DNA from: a virus | Length of the DNA: 64,000 nucleotides | IMG/VR virus record: IMGVR_UViG_3300037246_001677 | Location: 56,171-120,170 of that record | Direction: 5' to 3' (one strand) | Shown: one piece after another, positions 27,987 through 37,908 of the stretch | Layout: each line of letters starts with the position of its first letter | Numbering within the stretch: position 1 is the first letter of the stretch | Program-made: the position numbers and the translations under genes | The notes under the pieces: generated by a model | Seen by the model: only the letters and a program-made list of their open reading frames with translations | What the model was told of the DNA's origin: nothing | Database searches by the model: none

Positions 27987-29612
27987 TTACGATGTTGCGT
28001 TATTATTTGGATCCACTATCATCGTAACTGCAAGAGATAACCCAGTTGTTGTTGCTATAGTTTGCAGCGAACTATAATTTTTATATTTTGTTGCTCCAGA
28101 TGATGATTTTCTACATCTAACTTCGGTATCAACAGGCGTCGAACCTGTATAACCTACATCTACTTCGCCATTTACATCTGTATCTTGATTAATAAGTTCT
28201 GTTCTATCTGAAGTTTTATAAACAGCTGTTTGAACATCTTGAATTGGATCTCCAGCTTCATCATTAACTAGAATAAGAACTGGAACTGAAGCAGTAATTA
28301 TTGTTGTTGATCCAGGTTCATCATGCCATGATGGGATTTGTCCTGTCCCAACAGCAATTGTAACAGTTCCGCCTGTATTATTGTAAATCGCTTCATTTCC
28401 TGTGCTTCCAGATGTAGCAGCATAACCAACAAATGAGCATCCTGACATTGTATAACTGTTACCTGCCATTGAAGCATTTAATTCCATGGCATATCCAGTT
28501 CCATCACTATTAAATACACAGTCATCAACAACATTTAAATTTGTAACCTCAAAACCAACAGGTCCAGATGGTTCATCAAATAAACAACCATCAAATGTTG
28601 CTCCACCTTGAGTTACTAATCCACATCTACGGAATGTTGTATCATTAATAATAACTGTATTAATTCCAACATTGAATATAAATGAATCCATATCTATGAA
28701 TGTGCATTTATCTATTGCTACATCTGCATCATCTGTCATTAAAAATCTTCCTTTTGATGCAGTTGTTACATCTAATACTTGAAATGTAAAACCTGTCATT
28801 TCAATATTACTATCTGCGTTAAGTATCTCAATTAAATTGAAGTTTGCTGTAACTTTTGGAGTCCATTTAATAAATATAGTTCTGTCGGCATCTCTGAAGT
28901 CTGCTGAAGCAGCAACAGTTCCAAGAGACATTCTACCTTGCCATAAATAACCACCACCAACTTCTTGAATCAATCCCCATCTATTAATTTGGTTATCATT
29001 TTCAAGAGCAAACCCAGGAATTGTAGCATAACCATTTCCAAGATCACCCTCCTCAAATATAGCGCTACACCTTCCAAATCTCATAGCATCAACTGAATGA
29101 GGTTCACCTTTTGATGGGAAAGCTATAAGTGCTACACCTGCACCAACAACTTGATCTGATACATATGTGCCTGTTTCTCTATCAAATGCAACAGTAGTAT
29201 TAACAGCATGACATTGAAATCCACCATAAGGATTTGGAGTTTTATCGCTTCCACCAACATCCCACCAACCAAAGTTAGAATCATCTGCACCTACAAGAAC
29301 GTGCATACCACCAAAGGTAGTTGATGTTCCTACATAATCATCTATTGCAAAAGGTGATGCAAATAATTGCCATACAAGAAAAGCACCATCCGTAGGAAGA
29401 TTTATAGCTTGACCAAAATCAAAACCTAAATTAGCAAGAGTCTTACTCTTACTACAAGTTTGAGTAATAGCAAAACTACCTTGAATGTAAGGATAATCAG
29501 CATCTTCATATGATGGGAGCCCCTGATCGTTAGTGCTAAAGCTAGTCCAACCAGAAGCTTCATCTCCGGTGGCTATGTCTGTGAGGTCTTCTGTATAGCT
29601 TGGCGCCGCCAT
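27987..29612 (-). CDS. Putative virion structural protein with beta-helix-like region
   Basis: 541 aa; xxCxF repeats (DKCTF, DGCLF, DDCVF, SGCSF). Confidence 0.55.
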   Translation of the reverse strand: MAAPSYTEDLTDIATGDEASGWTSFSTNDQGLPSYEDADYPYIQGSFAITQTCSKSKTLANLGFDFGQAINLPTDGAFLVWQLFASPFAIDDYVGTSTTFGGMHVLVGADDSNFGWWDVGGSDKTPNPYGGFQCHAVNTTVAFDRETGTYVSDQVVGAGVALIAFPSKGEPHSVDAMRFGRCSAIFEEGDLGNGYATIPGFALENDNQINRWGLIQEVGGGYLWQGRMSLGTVAASADFRDADRTIFIKWTPKVTANFNLIEILNADSNIEMTGFTFQVLDVTTASKGRFLMTDDADVAIDKCTFIDMDSFIFNVGINTVIINDTTFRRCGLVTQGGATFDGCLFDEPSGPVGFEVTNLNVVDDCVFNSDGTGYAMELNASMAGNSYTMSGCSFVGYAATSGSTGNEAIYNNTGGTVTIAVGTGQIPSWHDEPGSTTIITASVPVLILVNDEAGDPIQDVQTAVYKTSDRTELINQDTDVNGEVDVGYTGSTPVDTEVRCRKSSSGATKYKNYSSLQTIATTTGLSLAVTMIVDPNNNATS

Positions 29613-30010
29613 TTAATATCCTCCTCAACAGATTGTGTCGTATGACCATCTGCTAAATAAAACGTTCTTGTTTTTTCATTTTGATTTACTATTAAAATAG
29701 AGATACCCTCCCTTTGAAAATATCCTATTTGATTAAAAATTAATTTTGATAAGTTAGTTTCTGTTGAACCAACTATAACTCTATCAGACCATTTCTCAAA
29801 CAATACTCCACAGTTGTCAGGTCTTAATTCTTCTGTTGTAATTTTCATTTGTTTCCAACAACATTCAAATATTTTACATGCTTCTGGTCTTTCAGAGTAT
29901 ATCTTACAACCAACACCTTCTTCACAATATCGACAGAGATCACCTTCTTTGCTATCTGTGTCTATTATTTGTAATTGTTTACAACATATGGTGCATCTAT
30001 TACATTCCAT
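29573..30010 (-). CDS. YkgJ-like Cys-cluster (Fe-S/Zn) protein
   Basis: CNRCTICC, CRYC, GCKIYSERPEACKIFEC, RPDNCGV. Confidence 0.75.
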   Translation of the reverse strand: MECNRCTICCKQLQIIDTDSKEGDLCRYCEEGVGCKIYSERPEACKIFECCWKQMKITTEELRPDNCGVLFEKWSDRVIVGSTETNLSKLIFNQIGYFQREGISILIVNQNEKTRTFYLADGHTTQSVEEDIKWRRQAIQKTSQT

Positions 30011-30041
30011 ATTTATTACATTCCATTACGTTTATTGTTTA

Positions 30042-30049
30042 TATTTATA
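30042..30049 (-). promoter_or_regulatory. T4-type late promoter TATAAATA
   Basis: Exact motif on - strand upstream of structural cluster. Confidence 0.55.
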
Positions 30050-30069
30050 CTTTTAAAATAAAATGTTAT

Positions 30070-30939
30070 TCATTTAACTCTTTTCTTCATATATGTTTCA
30101 TCTATATATTTCCACGGTATTTTTGTTTTGTATTTATTTCCATAACCCCATTCTCCATGAATGTGTCTAAATCCAATAGTTTTATACCATGTACCATGAC
30201 CAGGCTTATGTGATTGAGTATTATATGGATTCTCTGGTACTTTTACTAACTTCAGTCCTAATTGTTTAATCGCTAATGCAAATCTCGACTCCGTATTTCC
30301 AAATTCCTCTGCATACTTTTCATAATTATCAAAAGGAATTAAGTGATCCTGAAAATGTTTCATCATAGCTTGAGCAGCTGTAGTCTTAGCAAGAAAAGCT
30401 GTTGTGTTAAACATTTCTTTTCCTTGTGGAGTTTTCTCCCAACCACAACCTATTATATCACCATCACCAAGCATATCAATTATTTGTTCGAAGTTTTCTG
30501 GTTTCTCCAAAACACAATCACCATTTGTACAGTAAACATATTCAAATGCACCCATTGTATGCAAACCAAATTTCAAAATCCAAAAGTATGGATATAGCAC
30601 ACCACCCCATGTTTGATGGTGAGGTATTATAAACGTATCAACTTGGTCGAATACTTCCCTTTTTGGCATAAGTATGTCATAAGTTGATTGTTTATTTTTC
30701 GGGTCCCAGTAGTTATCATATGCCAAAGTAATCCAATAACCCAATTTCTTATGTGTCTCAATAGACGCTTTTAGAAATGGTCTCGTACTTGGATGAGCAG
30801 TCATAAGTACTCCAATCGGCTTAAGTGCTTTTACAGCCCATTCATCATTGGCCATATAATCATTTAAAATAAGTTTCAAATGTTTCTTTTCATTTCCTGG
30901 TTTTAAGCTTTTTACATATTTTCTTGTTATCGTCATCAT
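30070..30939 (-). CDS. Putative GT-A-fold glycosyltransferase (paralogue 1)
   Basis: IGVLMT, LAYD, YCTNGDCVLEKP; in sugar cluster. Confidence 0.55.
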   Translation of the reverse strand: MMTITRKYVKSLKPGNEKKHLKLILNDYMANDEWAVKALKPIGVLMTAHPSTRPFLKASIETHKKLGYWITLAYDNYWDPKNKQSTYDILMPKREVFDQVDTFIIPHHQTWGGVLYPYFWILKFGLHTMGAFEYVYCTNGDCVLEKPENFEQIIDMLGDGDIIGCGWEKTPQGKEMFNTTAFLAKTTAAQAMMKHFQDHLIPFDNYEKYAEEFGNTESRFALAIKQLGLKLVKVPENPYNTQSHKPGHGTWYKTIGFRHIHGEWGYGNKYKTKIPWKYIDETYMKKRVK

Positions 30940-31982
30940 TACTCCCTAATAATTTTTTTCCACTTACTATAGTAAAGATCATCCTTTAATATAAACGATC
31001 CATAATTTACTCTATCAAAATGTCCTAATCTTTCAGAAGGCGGACCAAGTTTTTCTCTTTTGAAGTCATCATGTAAAGGTTTATCCCCATAATACTCTAT
31101 TGGATAATATCTTCTATTCCAATATGAGTCCTCGCCCTCTGCCCAATATTTATACAGCCAACGTCTATCATCTGTTTCAAAATATTTTAATAATACATGC
31201 TCATGCTTTGTATAATATTCTACTTTACTAATATCAAAGTACTTTTTAGGAGGTGATTCTAAATGTTCTAATGAACATTGTCTAAGTTCAGCGCCAAGAT
31301 TTCTATATCCTAATATATTTTTCCAAGTACTATTTTGATTTGAAGAACTATAATGATCCACTTGACCACTATATCTATGTTTTTTTGGATGCCTCGGTTG
31401 AAGTGGCGCTGACATATTTTTAATGTTATTCTTACTGACAAAATCTTGTATCACGCCTTCTGGACTATAAGATTCTGGTAAGTTATTCTTTAAACATAAA
31501 GAAACCCAATCAACAAATTTTTGAAATATATGTGCCTTATACATAACAGCACAAGTATGGATTGTTCCATTACTAGTTACAGGCATCATATCACAATCAT
31601 CACCAAGAAATTTAATTAACTCGTTTATATTTTGTGGTTTCTCCCATACACAATCACTATTCACAGTAAATACAGTTTCAATATTATTGAACGACTTCAG
31701 TATTGTCCCTGCATATAGAACGTCCCAGAGCCACCCATTTCTTTTATCCGCGCCAAATGTTCTATGTTTAAATACCCAAGAATGTGGTATTCCCATCATA
31801 TATTGTTTTGGATGATTTGGATTAGCGTCATAGCTACATATTACATAAGCTCCAGTTTGCATATAATTTTCTAAAGTACTCTTTAGAAACATTCTATGTC
31901 CATCCCAACTTGTTACAATTATTGCTACTTTTGATCTTAAAGGAAAATCATTCAAATTATATCTATTACTTTTAATGACCAT
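30939..31982 (-). CDS. Putative GT-A-fold glycosyltransferase (paralogue 2)
   Basis: VAIIVTS, CSYD, FTVNSDCVWEKP, SPEG. Confidence 0.55.
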   Translation of the reverse strand: MVIKSNRYNLNDFPLRSKVAIIVTSWDGHRMFLKSTLENYMQTGAYVICSYDANPNHPKQYMMGIPHSWVFKHRTFGADKRNGWLWDVLYAGTILKSFNNIETVFTVNSDCVWEKPQNINELIKFLGDDCDMMPVTSNGTIHTCAVMYKAHIFQKFVDWVSLCLKNNLPESYSPEGVIQDFVSKNNIKNMSAPLQPRHPKKHRYSGQVDHYSSSNQNSTWKNILGYRNLGAELRQCSLEHLESPPKKYFDISKVEYYTKHEHVLLKYFETDDRRWLYKYWAEGEDSYWNRRYYPIEYYGDKPLHDDFKREKLGPPSERLGHFDRVNYGSFILKDDLYYSKWKKIIRE

Positions 31983-31983
31983 A

Positions 31984-32613
31984 TTATCTTAACACCAATG
32001 GTTTGGGTCTTTTGAAGTATTTCTTATGATCTACTCTATCAATAGACTTGAATCCTCTATCTAATAATAACTGATGTCTTCCTGCATCAGCATCGTATAT
32101 CATTTTTTGATAAGGAATATCTTTTGGCCATTTTAATCCTGTAAATATTTCTAATCCTTTTATAACTGGTTCGGGATCTTTCATTAAAGTTGATGTATTC
32201 AAAATATAGAAAGGATCTAGTAAACCTTTACTTACATAAGACGCAATATGTTTTTCACCTTTGACCAATGTATCCCATGCTTCTTCAACATTTGTTGATC
32301 TATGATAATATTGAGATAACATAGTTGCCATCCAATCCCTCTGTAAAATAATGGTATACATTTTATACCCTTCTTTTTCAAATAATGATCTTACATCGGA
32401 AGGGTTGGTCCACTCTCTTTCATAAGGAACACTTCTTCTTAAAACAATATTTTCATTATCTGTAACATCTTTTAAAGTACATTCGCCTCTTATAAACACA
32501 TCTATATTTAATTTTTGAGGTTCTTTCCAAAAACATCCCATTGTTTGTAATACTAATGATGATACATGATTTCCTGCACTTTCTGGACCAAAAACAAAAA
32601 ATAATTTACGCAT
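31984..32613 (-). CDS. Sulfotransferase-like P-loop protein
   Basis: FFVFGPESAGNH, IILQRD..A...S, L.KDPE..I..L..F.G. Confidence 0.55.
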   Translation of the reverse strand: MRKLFFVFGPESAGNHVSSLVLQTMGCFWKEPQKLNIDVFIRGECTLKDVTDNENIVLRRSVPYEREWTNPSDVRSLFEKEGYKMYTIILQRDWMATMLSQYYHRSTNVEEAWDTLVKGEKHIASYVSKGLLDPFYILNTSTLMKDPEPVIKGLEIFTGLKWPKDIPYQKMIYDADAGRHQLLLDRGFKSIDRVDHKKYFKRPKPLVLR

Positions 32614-33313
32614 CTAAATATCTCCTTATCAAATCTTTATTAAGTTTATAATGACCTCTGTCACCTTTTGGAAACTGTTTTGATTTACCCAAATATAAGT
32701 CTGCAACCCTTGGATGTTTTAATCCCTCAGCTATTGCTAACCCAGTTGATTGATTTCCCAAATAGAGTTTCGATCCTTTGATTATTTGAGCGAACTCCAT
32801 AGCATCTTTAATTTTATAATGAGGAAGTTTGTAGTTTCTATTTTCGCAAAAGTTTTTATACTCACCATCAAGTCCAACGAATACCGCTCTATCCTCATAT
32901 CCTCGTAATTGTTCCCAATCAACGGTAATTCCTTCCCACCTTATTTTACCTGTATCATTAATAACAATATCAGCAACGTGTTTTGGCTCAACATTAAAGA
33001 ACCACGGTTTTGTCAAATCAAATTTTATACCCATAGCCATCATATGACATTCCAATATTGTATATCCACCATTGAAAGGTTGCTCTCTAAATAAATCCAA
33101 ATTATAATCACATTCAAATAATTTCCATTTACCAGTAACTCTGATATGATGCTCAACCCTCTGTATATAAGGTTGTTTTAGTAGAAGATCATAATAAAAT
33201 TTAAGTCTTTTATCAAAGTTCAGGTGAAGAACACCACCGCCCAAATTATACATAGTAGCTAACCCATAGATCATATCACCGCCACCACCAGAGTGTTTAA
33301 ATGTTTTAGTCAT
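32606..33313 (-). CDS. GT9 (heptosyltransferase)-like glycosyltransferase
   Basis: FKHSGGGGDMIY, QPYI, IKGSKLYLGNQSTGLAIAEGL. Confidence 0.65.
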   Translation of the reverse strand: MTKTFKHSGGGGDMIYGLATMYNLGGGVLHLNFDKRLKFYYDLLLKQPYIQRVEHHIRVTGKWKLFECDYNLDLFREQPFNGGYTILECHMMAMGIKFDLTKPWFFNVEPKHVADIVINDTGKIRWEGITVDWEQLRGYEDRAVFVGLDGEYKNFCENRNYKLPHYKIKDAMEFAQIIKGSKLYLGNQSTGLAIAEGLKHPRVADLYLGKSKQFPKGDRGHYKLNKDLIRRYLDA

Positions 33314-33349
33314 CCAAAATCTCCCTCATTAATTATATCCTCAAACATT

Positions 33350-33577
33350 TTATCTCTCCTCTATTATTCTAATAATTTTTCTTGCTTGCTCTCTATCTGA
33401 TTCCTTTTCTTCTTCTGATAAATCAATATATTCTGTATCAAATTGTCTTTTCCATCTATCTACTGCCCACTTTGGAATAGTAACTGTACCATCACTATTT
33501 AAAACTGATTTTTCAAATAAATATTTCATCCATCCAGACCAAGAATCATGTGAATATTTTGATAAAGATTCTAACAT
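33350..33577 (-). CDS. Small hypothetical phage protein
   Basis: HDSWSGWMKY, RWKRQ..T.Y.DLSEEEKESDR. Confidence 0.65.
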   Translation of the reverse strand: MLESLSKYSHDSWSGWMKYLFEKSVLNSDGTVTIPKWAVDRWKRQFDTEYIDLSEEEKESDREQARKIIRIIEER

Positions 33578-33578
33578 A

Positions 33579-34679
33579 TTACCAACCTCCTTTTATAGTT
33601 TCAGCTATATACTGACGATGGCTTTCTGTTAACCACCAACCTACTGGTATACAAATCATATCATTAATAACTGATTCTAAACCAGGTAATTCTTTACTAT
33701 ACTTTCTTGTAAAAGTATGCTTATCATTTCGTTCATGTACTCTTGAAACAGAAATTCCTTTTGTTCCCATCATATGAGCAAACGAAGTTCTGTCCTCTAC
33801 CAATAATGTATAAATCCAATAAGATGAAAGCCTATCTGTTTTCGTTTGAATTACTTTTACTCCAGGAACACCAAATAATTCTTGGTTATAGTACTTAGCA
33901 TTAGCTCTTGCAATTTCAACATTTTCCAATGCATCATCAAAATTACCAAGACCAACTGTAGCACAAACATCGTTCATGTGATACTTATATCCCCACTCTA
34001 CAATGTCTTCCTCGCATCTCATATCTTTTCGAGGACTTTCTCTATCAATTCCATACCATCTTAGTAACTTACCTCGCTCATAATCCTTTATGTATTTTAA
34101 GAAGAGTGCTCCTCCATCTACTGTAGTCAAGTGCTTAATTGCTTGAAAACTCATCATTGAATAATCAGAATATACACAACTACCCACTACACATCCCTTA
34201 TAAACAGAACCAAAAGCGTGAGCACCATCCTCTATAATTCTTATATCATGTTTAGAAGCTATTTCATAAATTTCCTTCATGTCACATGGGTAACCACCCC
34301 AGTGTACCACCATTATTGCTTTAGTTCTCTCAGTAATGCTTGACTCAACACTTCGTGGGTCAATATTTAAATCATTTGGCTTGATGTCAGCCCAGACAAT
34401 ATCCGCTCCATTCATAAGAATAGGCATGTTTGTCGCAGTGCAAGTCAGTGGGGTTGTTATGACTTCATCACCCGGACCGACACCAGCCAATCTCAAAGCA
34501 AGGCTCAAACCATGAGTCCCCGCTGACAACGCTAGTACTTTATCATTCTCAAATTGTTTTCCTAATCTTTTTTCAAATTCAACTACTTTAGGACCTTGTC
34601 CTATCCATCCAGAATATATAACTGAATTTAATATTGGAGTGACTTCATCACTCATAAATACTTTAAATAAAGGTATCAT
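33579..34679 (-). CDS. DegT/DnrJ/EryC1/StrS PLP-dependent sugar aminotransferase
   Basis: GPKVVEFE, GPGDEVIT, VHWGG, IEDGAHAFG, SFQAIKHLTTVDGG. Confidence 0.93.
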   Translation of the reverse strand: MIPLFKVFMSDEVTPILNSVIYSGWIGQGPKVVEFEKRLGKQFENDKVLALSAGTHGLSLALRLAGVGPGDEVITTPLTCTATNMPILMNGADIVWADIKPNDLNIDPRSVESSITERTKAIMVVHWGGYPCDMKEIYEIASKHDIRIIEDGAHAFGSVYKGCVVGSCVYSDYSMMSFQAIKHLTTVDGGALFLKYIKDYERGKLLRWYGIDRESPRKDMRCEEDIVEWGYKYHMNDVCATVGLGNFDDALENVEIARANAKYYNQELFGVPGVKVIQTKTDRLSSYWIYTLLVEDRTSFAHMMGTKGISVSRVHERNDKHTFTRKYSKELPGLESVINDMICIPVGWWLTESHRQYIAETIKGGW

Positions 34680-35308
34680 TTCGTCCTCCTTAAATATCCT
34701 TTCGGATTGAATGTCATTATATATTTTTCACACCAGTACTGTGGTTCGAAGTAATCTCTTGTAGATAAAAACCACTCTACTGCTTCATATGGTCCTTTCC
34801 CATGTTCCCATTCCACAGGGTGTCCGCTCACATGAGTATCTTCCACTATAATATATGATCCAACCGGCACAATTTCCTCATATAATTCAAGTTCCTTACA
34901 TACGTTGTAATAAGAATGCCATGAGTCAAGTATGACTAAGTTTCTTTTACCTTTACATAAGTATTCTACATCTCTATATATTATTTCATTAGTACTTGAC
35001 CCACTTAAAAATGTTATTCTATCAGACCATTCATGTTGTGAAATATCAACAGGTTTTAATTTCTGTTCAATATCAATAGTAATTACTTTTCCTTCACCAA
35101 GTAACTCACAAATACCAGCATAAAATAAAGCCGATCCTCCATGTCCAGTTCCAGTTTCAATTATATATTCGGGTCTCAACTGATATATAATTTCTTGAAT
35201 TACCATAGCATCGAAAGGTAATTTCCACATAGGTATTCCGAACCAATAACTCTGCTCCCACAATCTTGACTGTTCATAAAATTTATGATACTCATCTACA
35301 CATCTCAC
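34676..35308 (-). CDS. CmcI-family (cephalosporin hydroxylase / rhamnosyl O-methyltransferase-like) protein
   Basis: WFGIPMWKLPFD, IIETGTGHGGSA, ILDSWH, YIIVEDT, FNPKGYL. Confidence 0.88.
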   Translation of the reverse strand: MRCVDEYHKFYEQSRLWEQSYWFGIPMWKLPFDAMVIQEIIYQLRPEYIIETGTGHGGSALFYAGICELLGEGKVITIDIEQKLKPVDISQHEWSDRITFLSGSSTNEIIYRDVEYLCKGKRNLVILDSWHSYYNVCKELELYEEIVPVGSYIIVEDTHVSGHPVEWEHGKGPYEAVEWFLSTRDYFEPQYWCEKYIMTFNPKGYLRRTK

Positions 35309-35310
35309 AA

Positions 35311-36327
35311 TTAATAATCCTCCAAATTTTTCTTCATCCTTTCAATTCTAATTTCTCTTGGTACTTCATATGGGTCTTGATCCCACCACATCCTTATATA
35401 CCGTTCATCACCAGTTAAGTAATAATTAACTAAAGTATTCTTATCATGGTCACGGTAATATAATTTAATATCTCTCAAGTCAAAGTACTTTACATCTAAA
35501 GGCTCTTTGTGTTTACTACACAGCCAATTTTTTTCAGATTCAAGATTTCTAAAACCCAGAACATCTCTCCAAGTACTTGGTCCACCTTCTTCACAATATG
35601 TATCATGGCGACCTTTAAATTCACCAGTTGTATAATATGGTTGAACTGGAGCATGGTCCCACTTTATATTATGTTCCTTTGTCCATAGTTGAATAAGATA
35701 CTCAGGACTAAAAGAAACAGTACTAGAATCAGGCATCATATCAAGAATAAAATCTATAAAATCAAAATACGCATCTCTTTTAAATACCATAGAACATGTA
35801 TGAATAAATTCCCATCCATCCGTTTCACGTGTTTGACTTTGACCAGACATGAAATCATTATCACCAAGCATTTCAATAATTTCATTTACTCCTTCCGGTC
35901 TATCCCATACACAATCACCATTTGCAGTGAATATGTACTTTATATTCTTGTACTGTCTTAGAATTGACGAAGCATATATCTGTAACCATATCCATCCATG
36001 CCTTTTATGATGTCCACCCCAAGTATAATGTTTAGTAAACCACATGTGAGCTAGATACCATATATCTGGAAATGGAAAACCTCTTCTCTTATCTGTATCT
36101 GGTGTAACTATTCTACTATCATATGCACCAACTATAAACATATCCTCAATTTTTCTATACTGCTGTAAGGCGTATTTCATATACGGCATATGTCCCATAT
36201 GACAAGTAAAAATCAATCCAATCTTAGCATTCAGAGGAAACAAGTTTACTTCACTCATTATTTTATCTTGTGCTTTATCTGGTCTATCAACTTTATGTAA
36301 TGCTAACATTTCCTCATAACTTCTCAT
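35311..36327 (-). CDS. Putative GT-A-fold glycosyltransferase (paralogue 3)
   Basis: IGLIFT, GAYD, FTANGDCVWDRP, IHTCS, SPEY; closely parallels 30939..31982. Confidence 0.55.
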   Translation of the reverse strand: MRSYEEMLALHKVDRPDKAQDKIMSEVNLFPLNAKIGLIFTCHMGHMPYMKYALQQYRKIEDMFIVGAYDSRIVTPDTDKRRGFPFPDIWYLAHMWFTKHYTWGGHHKRHGWIWLQIYASSILRQYKNIKYIFTANGDCVWDRPEGVNEIIEMLGDNDFMSGQSQTRETDGWEFIHTCSMVFKRDAYFDFIDFILDMMPDSSTVSFSPEYLIQLWTKEHNIKWDHAPVQPYYTTGEFKGRHDTYCEEGGPSTWRDVLGFRNLESEKNWLCSKHKEPLDVKYFDLRDIKLYYRDHDKNTLVNYYLTGDERYIRMWWDQDPYEVPREIRIERMKKNLEDY

Positions 36328-36328
36328 A

Positions 36329-36889
36329 CTATCTCCTAAACATTATAGTCATTGATGGAAATTCTTTATAAGTATAGTAAACATAATTCTCATTTACTAT
36401 TTCATTTGTTCTAAGTTCCTCAATTATTGACTCTTTATCATATAAACTCATCCAATCAACATTATCTCGCTCTGCTGACCCACCTTCAAATGCAATCATT
36501 CCAGAAACTTTTGGATGCCATAACTCCATAATTTCTCTGATAACTTTTCCATCGTTACTAATGTCTACATGTAAAAAATCAATTGTTTCATCTGCCCACT
36601 CTACGTACACTTCAAAGGCATCACCCTTATACATGGTTACATGTTGGCTAACTCTATTATCTAAAAGCATTTCATATACTTGATCCATATCACCATGCTT
36701 ATACTCATATCCATCCCATAAGTCATATCCATATAGATGACCACTACCATTCATAGATAGTCCTTTTGCTATATGAAGAGTACTATATCCATCAAGTATA
36801 CCTAGCTCAACTACAGTTTCTGGCTTATATGATCTTACTAACTTATAAAATATTTCACCGAAGTCATTTTCTTTATATGATGTTCTCAT
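36329..36889 (-). CDS. Class I SAM-dependent methyltransferase
   Basis: VVELGILDGYST, GYDLW, IDFLHVD. Confidence 0.8.
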   Translation of the reverse strand: MRTSYKENDFGEIFYKLVRSYKPETVVELGILDGYSTLHIAKGLSMNGSGHLYGYDLWDGYEYKHGDMDQVYEMLLDNRVSQHVTMYKGDAFEVYVEWADETIDFLHVDISNDGKVIREIMELWHPKVSGMIAFEGGSAERDNVDWMSLYDKESIIEELRTNEIVNENYVYYTYKEFPSMTIMFRR

Positions 36890-37241
36890 CGTCAGTTTTA
36901 CTCCTTACAGGTTTAATTATTTTTACTAACTCATAACTAATTATACTATTTTTTATTTTATCCCATGTCTCTTGGGTAAACGCGCCGTCAGGTAAATCAC
37001 TACCTCTTGTCCAATCTTCTCCTGCTCTTGGTTTTCTACGGGACACCGTACATCCTAAATACGTTCTATCTTCTTTCTTATTATCTTTAGCCGTTATCCT
37101 ATACAGATTATCACGAGTATAAAAATTTATCATTATTAAATATTCATCCGGTGAACTTGTTTCACCCATCAACTGCATAAAATAATCGTTTCGGCCCCAC
37201 CTACTAATTTCTTTTAACCATCTTTCTAATTGTTCTTTCAT
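36873..37241 (-). CDS. Hypothetical phage protein
   Basis: GGAGG SD; YLGC..RKPRAGEDWTRGSDLPDG. Confidence 0.65.
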   Translation of the reverse strand: MKEQLERWLKEISRWGRNDYFMQLMGETSSPDEYLIMINFYTRDNLYRITAKDNKKEDRTYLGCTVSRRKPRAGEDWTRGSDLPDGAFTQETWDKIKNSIISYELVKIIKPVRSKTDDENII

Positions 37242-37291
37242 TTTTCCTCCAATTTTTATACCGCAAGGTATGCGGTCTTTTTATTTTAAAA

Positions 37292-37690
37292 ATAGATAGT
37301 AGACATTTATCTATTAATAATTTGCTACTATTTTTTCAATGGTTTTACCATTATCATTCAATACATAACACACTGTATCAAATGCTATACTATACTCGCT
37401 ACCATCATCCAATCTGCATATAAGCACATTGTAATATATACAAGAATCACATTCATCTTCATTATCACAAGTACAATCTGTTTGTACCATATCCATAAAT
37501 ATTGCATCATAATCATGGTCAGCAAGCGTCTTTTGCTGCTTTCTAATTGGATTTGATAAACTATATTTTCTTACACTATCAAACATCCAATATCGTTGGT
37601 CATCATTCTCGTTTTTCGGTCCTCTATTATATCTTTCTATCTTTAATATCATTCTTTCTCCTATGTTCTGTCTATTTGTCTACTATCTAT
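37292..37690. repeat. 14-bp inverted repeat ATAGATAGTAGACA (37292-37305) / TGTCTACTATCTAT (37677-37690) bracketing one gene
   Basis: Read directly; exact reverse complements. Confidence 0.85.
37314..37652 (-). CDS. Hypothetical protein
   Basis: AGGAG SD; CTC...CDSC and C-term YVLNDNGKTIEKI. Confidence 0.65.
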   Translation of the reverse strand: MILKIERYNRGPKNENDDQRYWMFDSVRKYSLSNPIRKQQKTLADHDYDAIFMDMVQTDCTCDNEDECDSCIYYNVLICRLDDGSEYSIAFDTVCYVLNDNGKTIEKIVANY

Positions 37691-37704
37691 CTAATATACT
37701 TCAC

Positions 37705-37878
37705 CTATTGTTTTTTAACTGAAATGTAATGAGTAAAAGAGTGAACTGACTTCTCAGAATTATTATAAAATACTACAGCAAATTTCCCATCCGATGCAGC
37801 AATTTCAAAATATTCCGCTTCAACTTCATCTTCAACTTCATTTCCACTATCTAAATATTTTACTTTATATTTGTTCAT
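37705..37878 (-). CDS. 57-aa hypothetical protein (not in ORF track)
   Basis: MNKYKVKYLDSG...SVKKQ*; GAGGAG upstream. Confidence 0.5.
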   Translation of the reverse strand: MNKYKVKYLDSGNEVEDEVEAEYFEIAASDGKFAVVFYNNSEKSVHSFTHYISVKKQ

Positions 37879-37908
37879 TTCTTATCATCTCCTCATACAA
37901 ATTTACAT

